IMG/VR virus record: IMGVR_UViG_3300010883_000015
Span: 16,696-80,695 of that record
Origin: a virus
Length of the DNA stretch: 64,000 nt
Strand: one strand, 5' to 3'
In this document: positions 10,901 through 21,717 of the stretch, one piece after another
Position numbering within the stretch: position 1 is the stretch's first letter
How the letters are laid out: every line of letters begins with the position of its first letter
Program-made: the position numbers and the translations under genes
The notes under the pieces: model-generated
Databases searched by the model: none
What the model saw: only the letters and a program-made list of their open reading frames with translations
What the model was told of the DNA's origin: nothing

Positions 10901-13900
10901 CCCTAGAAAAAGCAAAAGCAGTAAGAACACAAGAAACACTTGCTATTGAATATAAATATAGAATTAAAGAACTTCAAAAAGTTTATGAAAAAGAATTAGC
11001 ACTTCTTAAAAATAATTTAGAGAAAAAGAGGGCGCTTGAAGCACGTTATGCAAACTCTGTAAGGATGGTTCAGGATACTTATGAACAGAAATACTTGGCT
11101 GGTCATGACAAGATGCGAGAGCGGATTCTACAAGATATTGAAGAGAGTTCAAAAAGTGAAATAGGGCTTTTAAAGTCAAGTCATAAGGAAGAAATCGACG
11201 AAATAAAAGATAAATTTAAAGATGAAGAAAACCTGATAAAACAACAATTAGGCATTAGAGATGATAACTCAGCATTGTCTGCTGATATCATAAATAAACA
11301 TTTAGATAATGAATATGACATAACAATAGAGTCTTTTGATAAAAAAGCCAAGGCTCAGTACAGTGCAAATAGTGAATATGTAAAGAATAGTATAGGTGAT
11401 AATGCCTCACAAGAGAAAAGACTAGAATTATATGAATCAGATTTAGCTAAAATTACAGAAGAAGCAAACACAAAGAGGGAGGCCCAGAAAGACAAATCAC
11501 TCAATAGATTGGCTACTTTAACTACTAACCATCAATCGCTGCTGGTCTTAGCCGAGAAGAAGAACAGCGCAGAAGTTTTAAAGGCTACTGGCGAGTTGCA
11601 AGATGAATTATTTAAGAATGATATCGAGAGCATGGAGTCAAGGCTAGGTGTGTCTCTTCCTGTTTTAAATTTAATAGTTGAAGAAGAAGCATATAAAAAA
11701 TATCTTAAAAAATTAGAAGATAGTGGTGATATCTCTGCGAATAGAAGGGGACAATTAGAGCAACTATATACACAAAAAATATTAAATCTCAGGAAAAGTG
11801 TTCTTGACCAATCTCTAGGTTTTGATTCTAATTATCTGAAATCTCACAAAGAAGATATTGCAACTCTTCTCAATGAAGAAAACGCAATGTTTAATAATTC
11901 GCTAAATCTTACTGAGGATTTATCGAACAATAGATTACTGAAAATGCTTGGCTATTCTAAGGAAGAAATAAAATTACTTGTTTCTAGAACGCAGATAGCA
12001 AAGACCATATCAATAGAAGAATTAAAAATAAAGAAAGAGACTGCGCTAAAGCTTCTTGCATTAGATAAATGGTACAACGGAGAAGCACAAGCAGTAGCTC
12101 GTCAGGCTGAGGTAGATAAAAGAGAAGAAGTTAAAGCTAATATGACTACTCTTTATGAGTCCAGAAGACGTGCAATTGCAGAAGGAGAAAAGGAAGAAAT
12201 AGAGGAACTTTCAAAATATAACGATGAGAAGATTTTAGAAAATAAGAGATATTTTAAAATATTAAGCAATATATTCTCACAAACACTTCTAGCAACCCGG
12301 TCTTCTTTAAATAAAATAGCAAAAATAGTCGGTGGTGCAACTATTGCATTAGGCGCTCTGTTTTCATTACTATCAGGAGAAAAAAATTCATCTTCAGTGA
12401 AGGAATTTAAAAAATATTTAGCTGGAATAACTAGGTCATTTAGTGCTTTCGGAGCAAGACTAGAGAAAACAGGGTCAGAAACAAAAGATTTCTTCAAGGG
12501 ATTAGGTGACGGAGTAAAAGGTGTTAGCAAAAGTGGAGTTACAAATATAACTACTTTGTTTGCTGGAATAATATCATTATTTAAAGAAGGAGGATTAAAA
12601 AAGGGGTTTTCTTCATTATCAAAAGGATTAGGAGACTTGGGGAAATCCACTAAGGAAAAGGGATCAAAAGGAGACCTGCTTAAGGGATTGGTCGGTGGAG
12701 TAAATAAAGCCAGTAAGGCGCTAGGAAATGTAGAATTAACTACAGGTGGTGGGCTTGCAGGAATGGCTAGCAATACAAAAGCAATATCAGGTGCGCTTTC
12801 TGCAATTGGTGGAAAGTTGGGTGCTATCTTGGGTGGAGTTGCTTCTACACTAGGATATGCAGCTATTGGTGTGGTTGTATTAGGCAAGGCATTAGGCAAA
12901 ATATTAGGAGTTGTTGGAAAGGCAATTTCAAAAATAGTAGAGTTGAGCAAGCAAGCCTTTGATTATATAACTGGTGGATTTAATCTAAATGTTTTCACTG
13001 CAATATCAAATATTACTAGTGATATTATATCACAGCAGACCGCTGCTATTGATAAAGCGAAATCAGACTTAGAGTCCTTGGAACAGCAATTATTGGCGAG
13101 GAAAATAACTAAAGAAGAATATGACGAAGCAAGAGCAGGTGGAATCGGATCGGTAGATGAAGTTGATATTCAGGGTGAAACAGAAACTGCGGTAAATGAA
13201 CTTTTTAAACAAGCAGAAATGTTTATGGGTGTGATACTTCAAGTTGCTCCAAGAGTAATGGAGATGTTTGCGGAAAAACTTCCTGCTTTATTTACTATGT
13301 TTAAAAATGCTGCAATAAGTCTTTTAGGCACAATCGAAGCCTACATGCCTAATTTAGTTATAAGTTTTGTTGATTCTATATTCAGAATTGCTCCTTCTAT
13401 TTTATCTGTACTGCAAGAAGTCCTTCCATCTATACTTACATTTGCTACCAATTTAATTGTTAAAGAATTACCTGCTCTTGCAAATATGTTTTACAGCATA
13501 CTCTTAACTTTTGGCGATATTATAATATCTTCTTTGCCGGATATTGTAACTGCAATAATAAAGCTTGTTCCTACTGTGACTTCGATAATACAAAATATGT
13601 TAAAAATATTTGGTGTTGTTGTAAAGGAAGTAATTAAAAATGCTGATGAAATAACTAAAGTGATTACCGATGCGATTGGGCCAATTCTTGCGACACTTGC
13701 AGATCAATTGTTTCCATTACTAGCTAGTCTTCTAAGTGTTTTAGTAAAATGGGCATTATCCTCTGCTACCAATTTGACTAAATTTGCTATCGATCTGATT
13801 GTTGGGTTTATGAACGCCCTGCCTGATATAATCACCAAAGTAATTGATTTACTACCACTAATAATTGAAGAATTAATATTAAGCATTGGGGATATAATAA

Positions 13901-14622
13901 TTGCAATAGTTATGGCAATTCCTCAAATAATACATGCTATTATTATTTTAATACCAACATTGATCGCTAGTATTATAAAATTAATTCCTGATATTATTGG
14001 CGCTCTTGTAAGTAGTATAGGTATTGTCGGTAAGACAATGTTTGATTCATTCACATCAGGTATCTGGGATATGTTTACTGATATTGGCAAACAATTCGGT
14101 GAAGCATTTAAAGACACCTTGTTTAAAAATGATTGGCTTTCTGGGCTTAGGGACACAAACAATTCAGACGATGATGGGTCTTCTGTCGGGGGTGCAATCA
14201 AGGACTGGTTTGGAAGACAAAAAGATAGATTTGAGGGTAATGCCTCCGTATCGCTGAATGAGTATAATGATACTCCATATGCACTAAGGGCTGGACTAGA
14301 TGGTTTTGCTGCAAAATTTGCTGCTGGTGATTATATTGTCGCTGCTCAAAATCCTGCTGGATTATTACAGCAAGCATTAGATAATTTCATTAATACTACA
14401 AGTTCAAGAGGCTCATTTTCAGGGATGGAGTCAATGGGCAATTCAGGTGGCGCAATGCCCCCAATCGATATAGCTGTTATAGCCGAAGGAAGGCTGTTAG
14501 ATGCCGTTCAGATTACAGCCCTTGATCGAGGTCACGCCCCAAGAATGGAGCGTAAATTACGCAGAGCTAGCGGGGTCAATGTAGGCTTCGATAGAGGCCG
14601 ATTCAATAACTTTGGGAGATAG
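7990..14622 (+). CDS. tail tape measure protein
   Basis: 2210 aa; TP901-type core (ARKLGATTAYTATEAAEGMQQLARAG, GLEGSMVGT); coiled coils; C-terminal amphipathic repeats. Confidence 0.95.
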   Translation: MAERTWKEQVIVQIMGKDAGYNKLVSDATRRTDRFGKSLEILSTRVTNQFTKGLANMATAVSAFSKDMVVAGANFEQAITTLSAIKPSTSSSALAGLSDEARKLGATTAYTATEAAEGMQQLARAGFEANQVLAMTGPALYFAGANAITMDMSTKLLASSLKQFNLVASDSNNVLDVFTVATQNSLFDVESLAVAMRYGGSVGASLGRSLEETVAVMSSFRDLGLEGSMVGTRFRQAMLSLINPTAGAKKIIKDLGLTLEDVNPSIVGATEAIRNLGKAGATSPDALAPIVSKRAAGSVSKLAKDLAEALSIDELEMYFSKLGKDLSLQTVEDIANAEKQIGKSLHQIDLMQMKFQRSAGITARTYETMISTVEGQYKILTSAIQELQITTFKAFNTDVFRGTKKEIEEIGKTFSGTIPEINSFSSILEDLKKVVDDVTTVISFQGIETTLFFTEMTDKIKELVDTFGTTESITIHFIEMSKAIVSASLNVALFLNNFRFLIDLAQTFVAIKLGFMFKNIAEYMLRSAGAMTVTAGAMVNLTGVQGALNVASKGDIAIKNIQRTLMIQMLELMIVQTQAFVALTAGQSRATVATKTNTAALTTQIMAMKASVGLLKKQIISAGAASATIPVATVSMGLLGRATLKAAGFFRALAGALSGPIGLLFIFAPLLMDIFSGWSDIADEVEATTSKVNSLRLSQEAYNKSLATSAGGDKVDQQDGINALKQQLRDREEYTSVIRNELNLVKDLTDKKRQELLLEGKLFKVQYGKENILLSANAAQALRNTYLEKEHGILAQQEKIAESMTANADALNKKVKDGASGFTSLILHQKELNKESGWFGNSWKLSLTDLNDFNNILKETSASMGSVLVAGEKHSNLMSAIASKGLNVYSASDYSEIVKLSTEVYETLESQAKATSNQANVMGNALTDAIDRVTNAGQKRIESNKRIGKSNNDLNKAIESRLKLEEKLRKALEKAKAVRTQETLAIEYKYRIKELQKVYEKELALLKNNLEKKRALEARYANSVRMVQDTYEQKYLAGHDKMRERILQDIEESSKSEIGLLKSSHKEEIDEIKDKFKDEENLIKQQLGIRDDNSALSADIINKHLDNEYDITIESFDKKAKAQYSANSEYVKNSIGDNASQEKRLELYESDLAKITEEANTKREAQKDKSLNRLATLTTNHQSLLVLAEKKNSAEVLKATGELQDELFKNDIESMESRLGVSLPVLNLIVEEEAYKKYLKKLEDSGDISANRRGQLEQLYTQKILNLRKSVLDQSLGFDSNYLKSHKEDIATLLNEENAMFNNSLNLTEDLSNNRLLKMLGYSKEEIKLLVSRTQIAKTISIEELKIKKETALKLLALDKWYNGEAQAVARQAEVDKREEVKANMTTLYESRRRAIAEGEKEEIEELSKYNDEKILENKRYFKILSNIFSQTLLATRSSLNKIAKIVGGATIALGALFSLLSGEKNSSSVKEFKKYLAGITRSFSAFGARLEKTGSETKDFFKGLGDGVKGVSKSGVTNITTLFAGIISLFKEGGLKKGFSSLSKGLGDLGKSTKEKGSKGDLLKGLVGGVNKASKALGNVELTTGGGLAGMASNTKAISGALSAIGGKLGAILGGVASTLGYAAIGVVVLGKALGKILGVVGKAISKIVELSKQAFDYITGGFNLNVFTAISNITSDIISQQTAAIDKAKSDLESLEQQLLARKITKEEYDEARAGGIGSVDEVDIQGETETAVNELFKQAEMFMGVILQVAPRVMEMFAEKLPALFTMFKNAAISLLGTIEAYMPNLVISFVDSIFRIAPSILSVLQEVLPSILTFATNLIVKELPALANMFYSILLTFGDIIISSLPDIVTAIIKLVPTVTSIIQNMLKIFGVVVKEVIKNADEITKVITDAIGPILATLADQLFPLLASLLSVLVKWALSSATNLTKFAIDLIVGFMNALPDIITKVIDLLPLIIEELILSIGDIIIAIVMAIPQIIHAIIILIPTLIASIIKLIPDIIGALVSSIGIVGKTMFDSFTSGIWDMFTDIGKQFGEAFKDTLFKNDWLSGLRDTNNSDDDGSSVGGAIKDWFGRQKDRFEGNASVSLNEYNDTPYALRAGLDGFAAKFAAGDYIVAAQNPAGLLQQALDNFINTTSSRGSFSGMESMGNSGGAMPPIDIAVIAEGRLLDAVQITALDRGHAPRMERKLRRASGVNVGFDRGRFNNFGR

Positions 14623-14624
14623 AA

Positions 14625-17600
14625 ATGCCAAAAGCACCATCGCAATTTATGATTATCAATGATAATTCATTCGTAAACGCCTTATTAACATCAACCAATA
14701 GTTATAATGAATTAAGGTTGGATGTTGCAAATGCTGAAAGTACTAATTCAGGTGAGTTATCATTATTTTGCACAGGATTTAATCTGGGTGCTTTAACTAG
14801 TGATCCTACTAGTTATGAATTTAGAGTTCAAAATAGTGGGTCCTTAGATTCTGCTACATGGATATGGTCTAAATCACCATCTTCCGCTGCATCTTCTTGG
14901 TACGGAGAGCCAGATCTTCGCTATCCAAATGTAGTTGACAATGCAAACGTTAAGACTATTGCTTATGGTGCGACAGGTGTGTATTCTAGCAAAGAAAATG
15001 CAATATTATTATATTATGGATCTTCAACATCAAATAGTATAAATGTAAGAAAAAAAGCATTAGGTGAGGAATCGAGAGAAGGTTATTGGGGCACCAGCAC
15101 AATTGATATAGCTGCTATTGCAGGGTATGGGATTGATCATTCTAATGATCAAAGTATAACACTAGATGTTTGTGAGCTACCTAATGGGACGCTACTAATG
15201 CTTGTCGGATATAACGATGATTTATTCATATACGATAGTCTTGATGGTTCAACATGGAGTCTTTATGCAAATGAAATTGCTTCAAGGTTTGCAGGAATTA
15301 AGAGACAATTCCTTGATTGCAAAATAGAAACTAGCGGAAGTTATGTCAGAATTATTGGCACATATCCTAACACTATATCTACTGGTGTTCAAACATATAA
15401 TACTACTTACCCTTTGTTCTCCATGGTTTCATCAGATAGTGGCGCAACATGGAAAGACGTAACAACTAGTGACTTTCAATGTATTGAGATTTCAACTTCA
15501 GGAGCAGATAGATTTTCATTTGATATAGCAAAATATGATAACAATGGAACCTTCATAATTGTTGGGATGACTAATTTTCGTGCAAATAAAATATATGATA
15601 CGTTTATAGGTAGTGGAAATTTAGCATTACAATCAACATTGGAGTCCCCACATGCCACCTTAGATCCATCGGGCGTATACATTACAGATTATGGAGATTG
15701 GATCGTATGCGTTCAGGTCGGTGCCATATCTAGACAAGATTTATTTCAAGATGCTCAATTTATAAGTAGTACGAGTGTAAATAATAACCCGGCCTTACCG
15801 ACCCTTACTGTAATAGGTAGTAAAATAACAATGTATGAATTCATTTTTCAATACATTGATAAAACAGAAAATCCTTTGACTGCAAAATGGAAAAGTCTAA
15901 ATGATTCTTATGCTATTTCAGGATATTATGGATCTATGCGATATGTCCCATCTAGGGGTGCTATATTTGATACAGGGAAAGGGTTATCTTTCTTTTCTGC
16001 GCTTAGGGACATTGAAGAACCTTTGCAATTTGGATATGTTAAAGGAGCATCATATAGAGAGTTTTCTGGATGGGGAACTAGGCCAGTAAGAGATTACAAT
16101 ATTGATAATTTCGCAAGCGAATTAGATGCTACTGCCAATATGTCTGTTGAAATAACAAACCCTCATCAGCCCTCAGGTCGGTTTATGAGGCCTCAGTGGG
16201 ATGTTGGGGGTGGATGCCCCGACCAAGGAAGCAATGGTGGTATATATACTCCGTGGGAAAGAATAAGGTCATCTGGTGCCAGATCAAATATAGACTGGAA
16301 ATTTGGTCGAAGTATGGAGATTTATGATTGGGCTGGATCTTCATTGACTCAACAAAATTATTTTAGATTTATTGATCCAAACTTTTATGACCTACAGAGA
16401 ACATTTAGCATTCAATCCATTGCCGATGATCATTATAGTGGGGTTACTGGTGTCACTAATTTCTATGGATATAGTGATTATATAAAAGCAAGCGGTGAAA
16501 CTCCTTACGCAGCATCATTTAATGCACAAAAAAGCACACCCTTAAGGAATTGGGTTTTCTTACCACAAATAGATACTTCATCAAATATTACATCTAATTC
16601 ACAAACAAGCAATTCATACCCTCATGGCTCTTGTGTTGTATGGACAGCCAAATTCGACGATGGGACTACAGCATTTGACGGAACCCAAGACTTTATGGTT
16701 GTTGGGTTAAGTTCTTATAATATATTAACTAGATCATCAGGAGCCACAGATAAGTATGCGGTTAATTGCGTGGTTCGGCATTCTGAATATAAAGCAGTTG
16801 TTTATGATAAAATTTCTAATGTTGCGTTGGCAACAATAACACCTGATGCCTCTATTTATGGGGCAAATCCCTTTAGAGATGAATTTTGGGAATTCAGATG
16901 GGCTTGGTATCCATTCAAAGGAGGTCAGGTAATATCCAATACAACAAGTAATTGGAAAGGAAAATGTGCTCTGATGTGTAGAAAGTTAGGGTCTGATGAT
17001 TGGCTTTCTACAAGCGTTTTAACGCCTAGTTATGATGACATATCTGCAATAACTTCTGCTGATATTAATTCTAGGCTTCTTAATCAAATGATTTATTTTG
17101 GTAATTATGAAGGTAATCCTTATCAAAAATCTAACTGGAAAAACTTAGGTGTTCATACAGGTAATGATCTTGGTACTTTTGCTTATATAAATGCAAGTAT
17201 TTCTCCAGTTGCTTCTTTACAGCCTATTGATGCAATACGAGGAAGAAAGCTAGGAGACTCCCCAATAACTTTTGATAGTAAAGTAGCAAGTAGTCAAACG
17301 TCTTTTGCTAAGGCTGTTTGGGGCGGGGCTGGTGGTGTTTATAATGATCGATATACTTGCAATATAAAATATGTTTATCCACCAACAAATATGAATCAAT
17401 TTTCGTCTCCAAGAATAAAATATAGAACAAAAAAGTCTTCTGCTCGGAATACAACAAAAACTGCAAATGTTGTATTTAAGAGTAAAAATAATGATGTTTT
17501 TTATCATGACTCTGTTTCCTTTATTAATACGAATTTGGCTAGTCTTCATGTTTCTTATTCCATGGATAATTCAACATATAGCGCAGGTAAAACAATTGAT

Positions 17601-18374
17601 TTTAAAAGAATAGGTGGTGGACTAATTACTGCAGCAACTAGCAATATTATTACAATTGATTTTCCTAATAATAATTTATTCCCAAGTGAAATATCAAGTA
17701 GCGATAAGAAGAAATTCTATCTTCAAATTGATATTGCAACAGCAGGCACAACTTATGATAAATATTTAATACAAAAAAGTTTTGGAAATAATACCTTTGT
17801 TCTTGATCAAGAAAATTCAAATATTACCTCAGTCCCTTCTGGGATGGTAGGTTCGACTGTAAGTATATATAATGACCGTGGATACGGGATTTATTCTGCT
17901 CCTGAATATGGCAAGTATATGAAAATAACAATTCCTGAATATAACAGAACGAATACAACTTATGGAGAAATCGGAAGCATTGTAGCAGGGGTTTCCTTTA
18001 ATTTCGATGTTCCTTTATCTTGGTCTTTTACAGATACAGAGAAAGCGAATCAGCAAACCTTTAGAAGTCGCTCAGGAATACAATGGTCTTATAATCAAGG
18101 GCCCAGTACAAGGGAATTATCATTAACAATGATTGGTGATGTTAGCCAGCAAAATAGAAGAACAATTAGAGAGCAAATTAAGTCTATAAGTCAATACGGT
18201 AAAAATAATTTAGTTTTCATAACAGAATCAGGAAGTAAGGATTCTGATATGATTTTTCATGGTAGATATGAAGATTCAACTCAATTAAAAAATGACGGAT
18301 GGTATTATGACGAAACAAATAAGTTGTGGAGACCCATAGGTAATATGGGGATAAAATTAACTGAAATTAATTAG
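14625..18374 (+). CDS. tail protein with Asp-box (BNR) repeats and Dit-like C-terminus
   Basis: Directly after tape measure; SLDGSTW and SSDSGATW Asp-box motifs; C-terminal TFRSRSG..RELSLTM resembles distal tail proteins. Confidence 0.65.
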   Translation: MPKAPSQFMIINDNSFVNALLTSTNSYNELRLDVANAESTNSGELSLFCTGFNLGALTSDPTSYEFRVQNSGSLDSATWIWSKSPSSAASSWYGEPDLRYPNVVDNANVKTIAYGATGVYSSKENAILLYYGSSTSNSINVRKKALGEESREGYWGTSTIDIAAIAGYGIDHSNDQSITLDVCELPNGTLLMLVGYNDDLFIYDSLDGSTWSLYANEIASRFAGIKRQFLDCKIETSGSYVRIIGTYPNTISTGVQTYNTTYPLFSMVSSDSGATWKDVTTSDFQCIEISTSGADRFSFDIAKYDNNGTFIIVGMTNFRANKIYDTFIGSGNLALQSTLESPHATLDPSGVYITDYGDWIVCVQVGAISRQDLFQDAQFISSTSVNNNPALPTLTVIGSKITMYEFIFQYIDKTENPLTAKWKSLNDSYAISGYYGSMRYVPSRGAIFDTGKGLSFFSALRDIEEPLQFGYVKGASYREFSGWGTRPVRDYNIDNFASELDATANMSVEITNPHQPSGRFMRPQWDVGGGCPDQGSNGGIYTPWERIRSSGARSNIDWKFGRSMEIYDWAGSSLTQQNYFRFIDPNFYDLQRTFSIQSIADDHYSGVTGVTNFYGYSDYIKASGETPYAASFNAQKSTPLRNWVFLPQIDTSSNITSNSQTSNSYPHGSCVVWTAKFDDGTTAFDGTQDFMVVGLSSYNILTRSSGATDKYAVNCVVRHSEYKAVVYDKISNVALATITPDASIYGANPFRDEFWEFRWAWYPFKGGQVISNTTSNWKGKCALMCRKLGSDDWLSTSVLTPSYDDISAITSADINSRLLNQMIYFGNYEGNPYQKSNWKNLGVHTGNDLGTFAYINASISPVASLQPIDAIRGRKLGDSPITFDSKVASSQTSFAKAVWGGAGGVYNDRYTCNIKYVYPPTNMNQFSSPRIKYRTKKSSARNTTKTANVVFKSKNNDVFYHDSVSFINTNLASLHVSYSMDNSTYSAGKTIDFKRIGGGLITAATSNIITIDFPNNNLFPSEISSSDKKKFYLQIDIATAGTTYDKYLIQKSFGNNTFVLDQENSNITSVPSGMVGSTVSIYNDRGYGIYSAPEYGKYMKITIPEYNRTNTTYGEIGSIVAGVSFNFDVPLSWSFTDTEKANQQTFRSRSGIQWSYNQGPSTRELSLTMIGDVSQQNRRTIREQIKSISQYGKNNLVFITESGSKDSDMIFHGRYEDSTQLKNDGWYYDETNKLWRPIGNMGIKLTEIN

Positions 18375-18382
18375 GTTTTATT

Positions 18383-20071
18383 ATGGCAAATTTAACAGAC
18401 TTAAAAGAATTATTATTTAATAGAATAAAATCAATATCCTCAATAAATTCATATTGGGCTACATTAATTAATTCTGATCCATATTTAAAAGAATCTTTTA
18501 CTACAATAGATTTGGTTTTTGGAAATGGAAAAAAAGTTAGCTTTTCTACAAATAATTTGGAGTGTAGTGATGATAATGATAATAAATACATATATGAGCC
18601 TTTTTTGCAAGAAGAGATTACTATTTCTTCTTCCTACAAATTTGGCGGAGGACAAGCCAGCCAAAGAGTCCTATCGTTATCAATCGATGGGAGGAAGGTG
18701 GATGCTTTAAGCATAATTTTAAACGGAGATTTCTTATCGGGAATAGGCGAAATTTGCATACAGAATAATAATGGAGATTTTGAAAGCAGGTATGTGATTT
18801 TAAGAGGAGAAATGAGGGGGTCAATTAATTTTGGAGTAAAAGATGAATTGATTCAATTGGAAGTAGGTGATCCTGATTTAAGAATAAACAAAACAATACC
18901 AGAATTTTTAATTACGAAAGAAGACTTTTATGCTTTACCTGATAATAATACAGGATTAAGATTTCCTGTTGTTTTTGACAATTGCTACGCAGGAGTATCA
19001 ACAATAAGAACATCCGAATATGAATGGGGGCCTACATTTATTATTGCGTATGGACATGATATTACCGTAATTGAGGTGTATTTAAATGGGATTCTTGTTC
19101 CCAATAATGACCAAGCAAGAGGTTGGGAAATATTATATGAGATTACAGATTCAGGGATTCCCTATACAGCTATTGATTTTGTTTTTGCAAACGGGCAAAT
19201 AATAACTCAAAATATGTCCAACGGACTTCCATTTTCAACATCAGTTGATATACCACCTTGGGATAATTCTGATTCTGTATATGTAAGAACAGAGTCTAAA
19301 AGTGGAAAAAACAGATCCATAATAGACTTAATAAGGAATTTATTAAGAAATAACATAGTTTATGGGGCCAACCTAATTGATGAAAAATTATTTGGAAAAT
19401 CCGAAGGAAAGGTTCCTTTTCTTTTTGGTCAAGTAATAATAAATGGATCATCTTCTAGTACTGTAACAACTGCACTAGAGTATGTAGAAAGCGCCATATG
19501 TCCTAGCTTTCCTATGATCTCTATGGTGTATAGCGGGAGTGGGATAGGTTGTGTTGTTACCGACAGAAGAAGCAATGTTTTCTTTGGGACATTCATTGTT
19601 GGTCAAGAATTAATATTTGATAGAATTACTGGGATTCAAGAAACCCCAAAAGAAGAAATATATAATTCTTTTACACTTAGATATGGATATAATTCTTTAT
19701 CAGATACTTATGAAAAGAGTGTTACAAGAAATAAATCTAATTCTTATGTTTGTGAGATATCAGAAAACAGAACAGGTAAGCGAGATTACGATCAAATAGA
19801 TAGCATATTGATATTTGATGATTCGACTGCTAATTATGTAATTGAATGGCTGTCTGCTCACTTCTCTTTACCTTCATATTATATTGAATATTTAGCAATC
19901 CCTTCTTTGTTTTTTAAATTAAATTTAGGTGACAATATAAAAATAACTGACAATGAATTGGGGTTTATAGAAGAAGTTGGGACTATTGAAAAATTAGAGT
20001 ATACAAAAGGAAGCCTAACAATAGGAATTCGATTTTGGATACTTTATACTAAATTAACAAATTCGCATTAA
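18383..20071 (+). CDS. tail tip / baseplate hub protein
   Basis: Position; G.RFPVVF motif and C-terminal LNLGDNIKITD motif of hub proteins. Confidence 0.65.
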   Translation: MANLTDLKELLFNRIKSISSINSYWATLINSDPYLKESFTTIDLVFGNGKKVSFSTNNLECSDDNDNKYIYEPFLQEEITISSSYKFGGGQASQRVLSLSIDGRKVDALSIILNGDFLSGIGEICIQNNNGDFESRYVILRGEMRGSINFGVKDELIQLEVGDPDLRINKTIPEFLITKEDFYALPDNNTGLRFPVVFDNCYAGVSTIRTSEYEWGPTFIIAYGHDITVIEVYLNGILVPNNDQARGWEILYEITDSGIPYTAIDFVFANGQIITQNMSNGLPFSTSVDIPPWDNSDSVYVRTESKSGKNRSIIDLIRNLLRNNIVYGANLIDEKLFGKSEGKVPFLFGQVIINGSSSSTVTTALEYVESAICPSFPMISMVYSGSGIGCVVTDRRSNVFFGTFIVGQELIFDRITGIQETPKEEIYNSFTLRYGYNSLSDTYEKSVTRNKSNSYVCEISENRTGKRDYDQIDSILIFDDSTANYVIEWLSAHFSLPSYYIEYLAIPSLFFKLNLGDNIKITDNELGFIEEVGTIEKLEYTKGSLTIGIRFWILYTKLTNSH

Positions 20072-20083
20072 TAAGGAGAAGAA

Positions 20084-21676
20084 ATGAGTTCAGGTGGTAA
20101 TTTAACAATCGATAGGCCAACTGCAACCGCAGCAGTGTTAAATTCTTTTTGGGATATGGCAGTTGCAAATATAGCAACTATGATGCCTACCGCCTTGAGG
20201 TATATTGATTCAAGGGCGTTTGATGATCTTACAATGGATGAAGATGATGTTGAGGCTATTTCTATATTACGACAAGGAGATATATTACAAGCAATAGCAA
20301 ATAAAGCAAATCGTATGTTTTTTAATACACCGAGCCTGTCATGGGATCTTGATGATGATGGAATTGGAATAGTAGATCTTTATGATGATGCCTATGATTT
20401 AGGTGTAAATGTTTTACCTAATTTTTTCGATACAGAAGGATATGAGGTTAATGAAGAATTAAAATATTATGAAGCGAATCCTGATTGGAGTTCTGATTTC
20501 TGGGATTTACAAAACAATATAAGTCAATTAAATAAATGGTTGATCGACGGTTCTCCTTATAGGGTAACCGTTTATGATGATAGTCTAGATCCAGAACAAG
20601 GATACTTTAGGGATATGATCTATGGGAATAGATACAGAACAAATACTCAATACCAAAATGGATACTTATCCCAGGTAGGATCCGTTCCTTTAGATGGAAC
20701 AATTGTTACAGGTTCTAATAATCAATCTTCTCAATATATGCAGTCTGCATTATATAAAGCTAGTAATAATGTCATGCAGACAACATTTTCCATGACAGGA
20801 AGTAATAAACAAATAAACATGCCCACAATGAACATGTCTTTAAAAGAAAGACTTAATATTTCTGCTGAATTTAAAAGAAGCGGGCTTGGGGGGTGCAGAA
20901 CTAATGCGTGTGCTTTATCCAAGCCTATATCTGACTGTATAAATGTTACTGACCCTAATGCCATAATAGATAATGCATATATGAAGTTATCAACTGGGGA
21001 TTTATTTCCGCTAAGATTTCTACCAAAAACTGCATTTGAGAATGCCATCTTGCAGAAGGCAAGAACAGAGAGGGGGTCTGATGTTAGTACTTCAACTGCA
21101 ACACAAACTATTGCAACTATTACTTTTGATGTATCTGTTATTGGTAATCCAATAGTAACTAAAACAGATAAGAGAGTAAACAACACAACAGGAATAGGAT
21201 GGTTTTCTAATGGGTTTTTAGGCTCAGAAACTTTTGATGGAACAGGAAGTAAAAAAGAATGGAATCCTGGTGATTCAAGAATTCTATCTAGGAATAATTT
21301 AGGATATAAAAATACAGATCTAAATGTAATAAAATATGATTATGGAAATGGATATAATGAATGGTTTTCAGATAAAGCATATAAATTAGGGGAATCAGAA
21401 AGATTTGAAGGTGGCTGGAAAGAAGGGAGGACACCTTCTATACCTAATAATAGCCTTGATTTATTATATGTGACTGAAAACTTATCCTCTCAATGTACGG
21501 GATCAAATGCAATATTTAAATTAAGTTCCTTGTATGAAACAGGAACGCTTCATGTTTATTGGAATGGAGTTAGACAGAGTGATATTCAGATAACCGAATT
21601 AAGTTCAACAACATTCGGCACTTCGTTTGTTCCATCTTCAATTGGTGTGCTAATTGTAGATTACATGCCTTTGTAG
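20084..21676 (+). CDS. minor tail / structural protein
   Basis: In tail operon; C-terminal LHVYWNGVRQ domain resembles that of the next gene. Confidence 0.55.
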   Translation: MSSGGNLTIDRPTATAAVLNSFWDMAVANIATMMPTALRYIDSRAFDDLTMDEDDVEAISILRQGDILQAIANKANRMFFNTPSLSWDLDDDGIGIVDLYDDAYDLGVNVLPNFFDTEGYEVNEELKYYEANPDWSSDFWDLQNNISQLNKWLIDGSPYRVTVYDDSLDPEQGYFRDMIYGNRYRTNTQYQNGYLSQVGSVPLDGTIVTGSNNQSSQYMQSALYKASNNVMQTTFSMTGSNKQINMPTMNMSLKERLNISAEFKRSGLGGCRTNACALSKPISDCINVTDPNAIIDNAYMKLSTGDLFPLRFLPKTAFENAILQKARTERGSDVSTSTATQTIATITFDVSVIGNPIVTKTDKRVNNTTGIGWFSNGFLGSETFDGTGSKKEWNPGDSRILSRNNLGYKNTDLNVIKYDYGNGYNEWFSDKAYKLGESERFEGGWKEGRTPSIPNNSLDLLYVTENLSSQCTGSNAIFKLSSLYETGTLHVYWNGVRQSDIQITELSSTTFGTSFVPSSIGVLIVDYMPL

Positions 21677-21717
21677 GTATGTGTTTTAAATTAATATTCT
21701 AATAAGGAAAAAATAAC

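Noticed and set aside
8379-14257. Long antisense or alternate-frame ORFs within the tape measure gene (e.g. 12153..12950, 8379..8924)
   Set aside because: Shadow ORFs caused by codon bias of an Ala/Gly/Leu-rich gene; no recognisable motifs.
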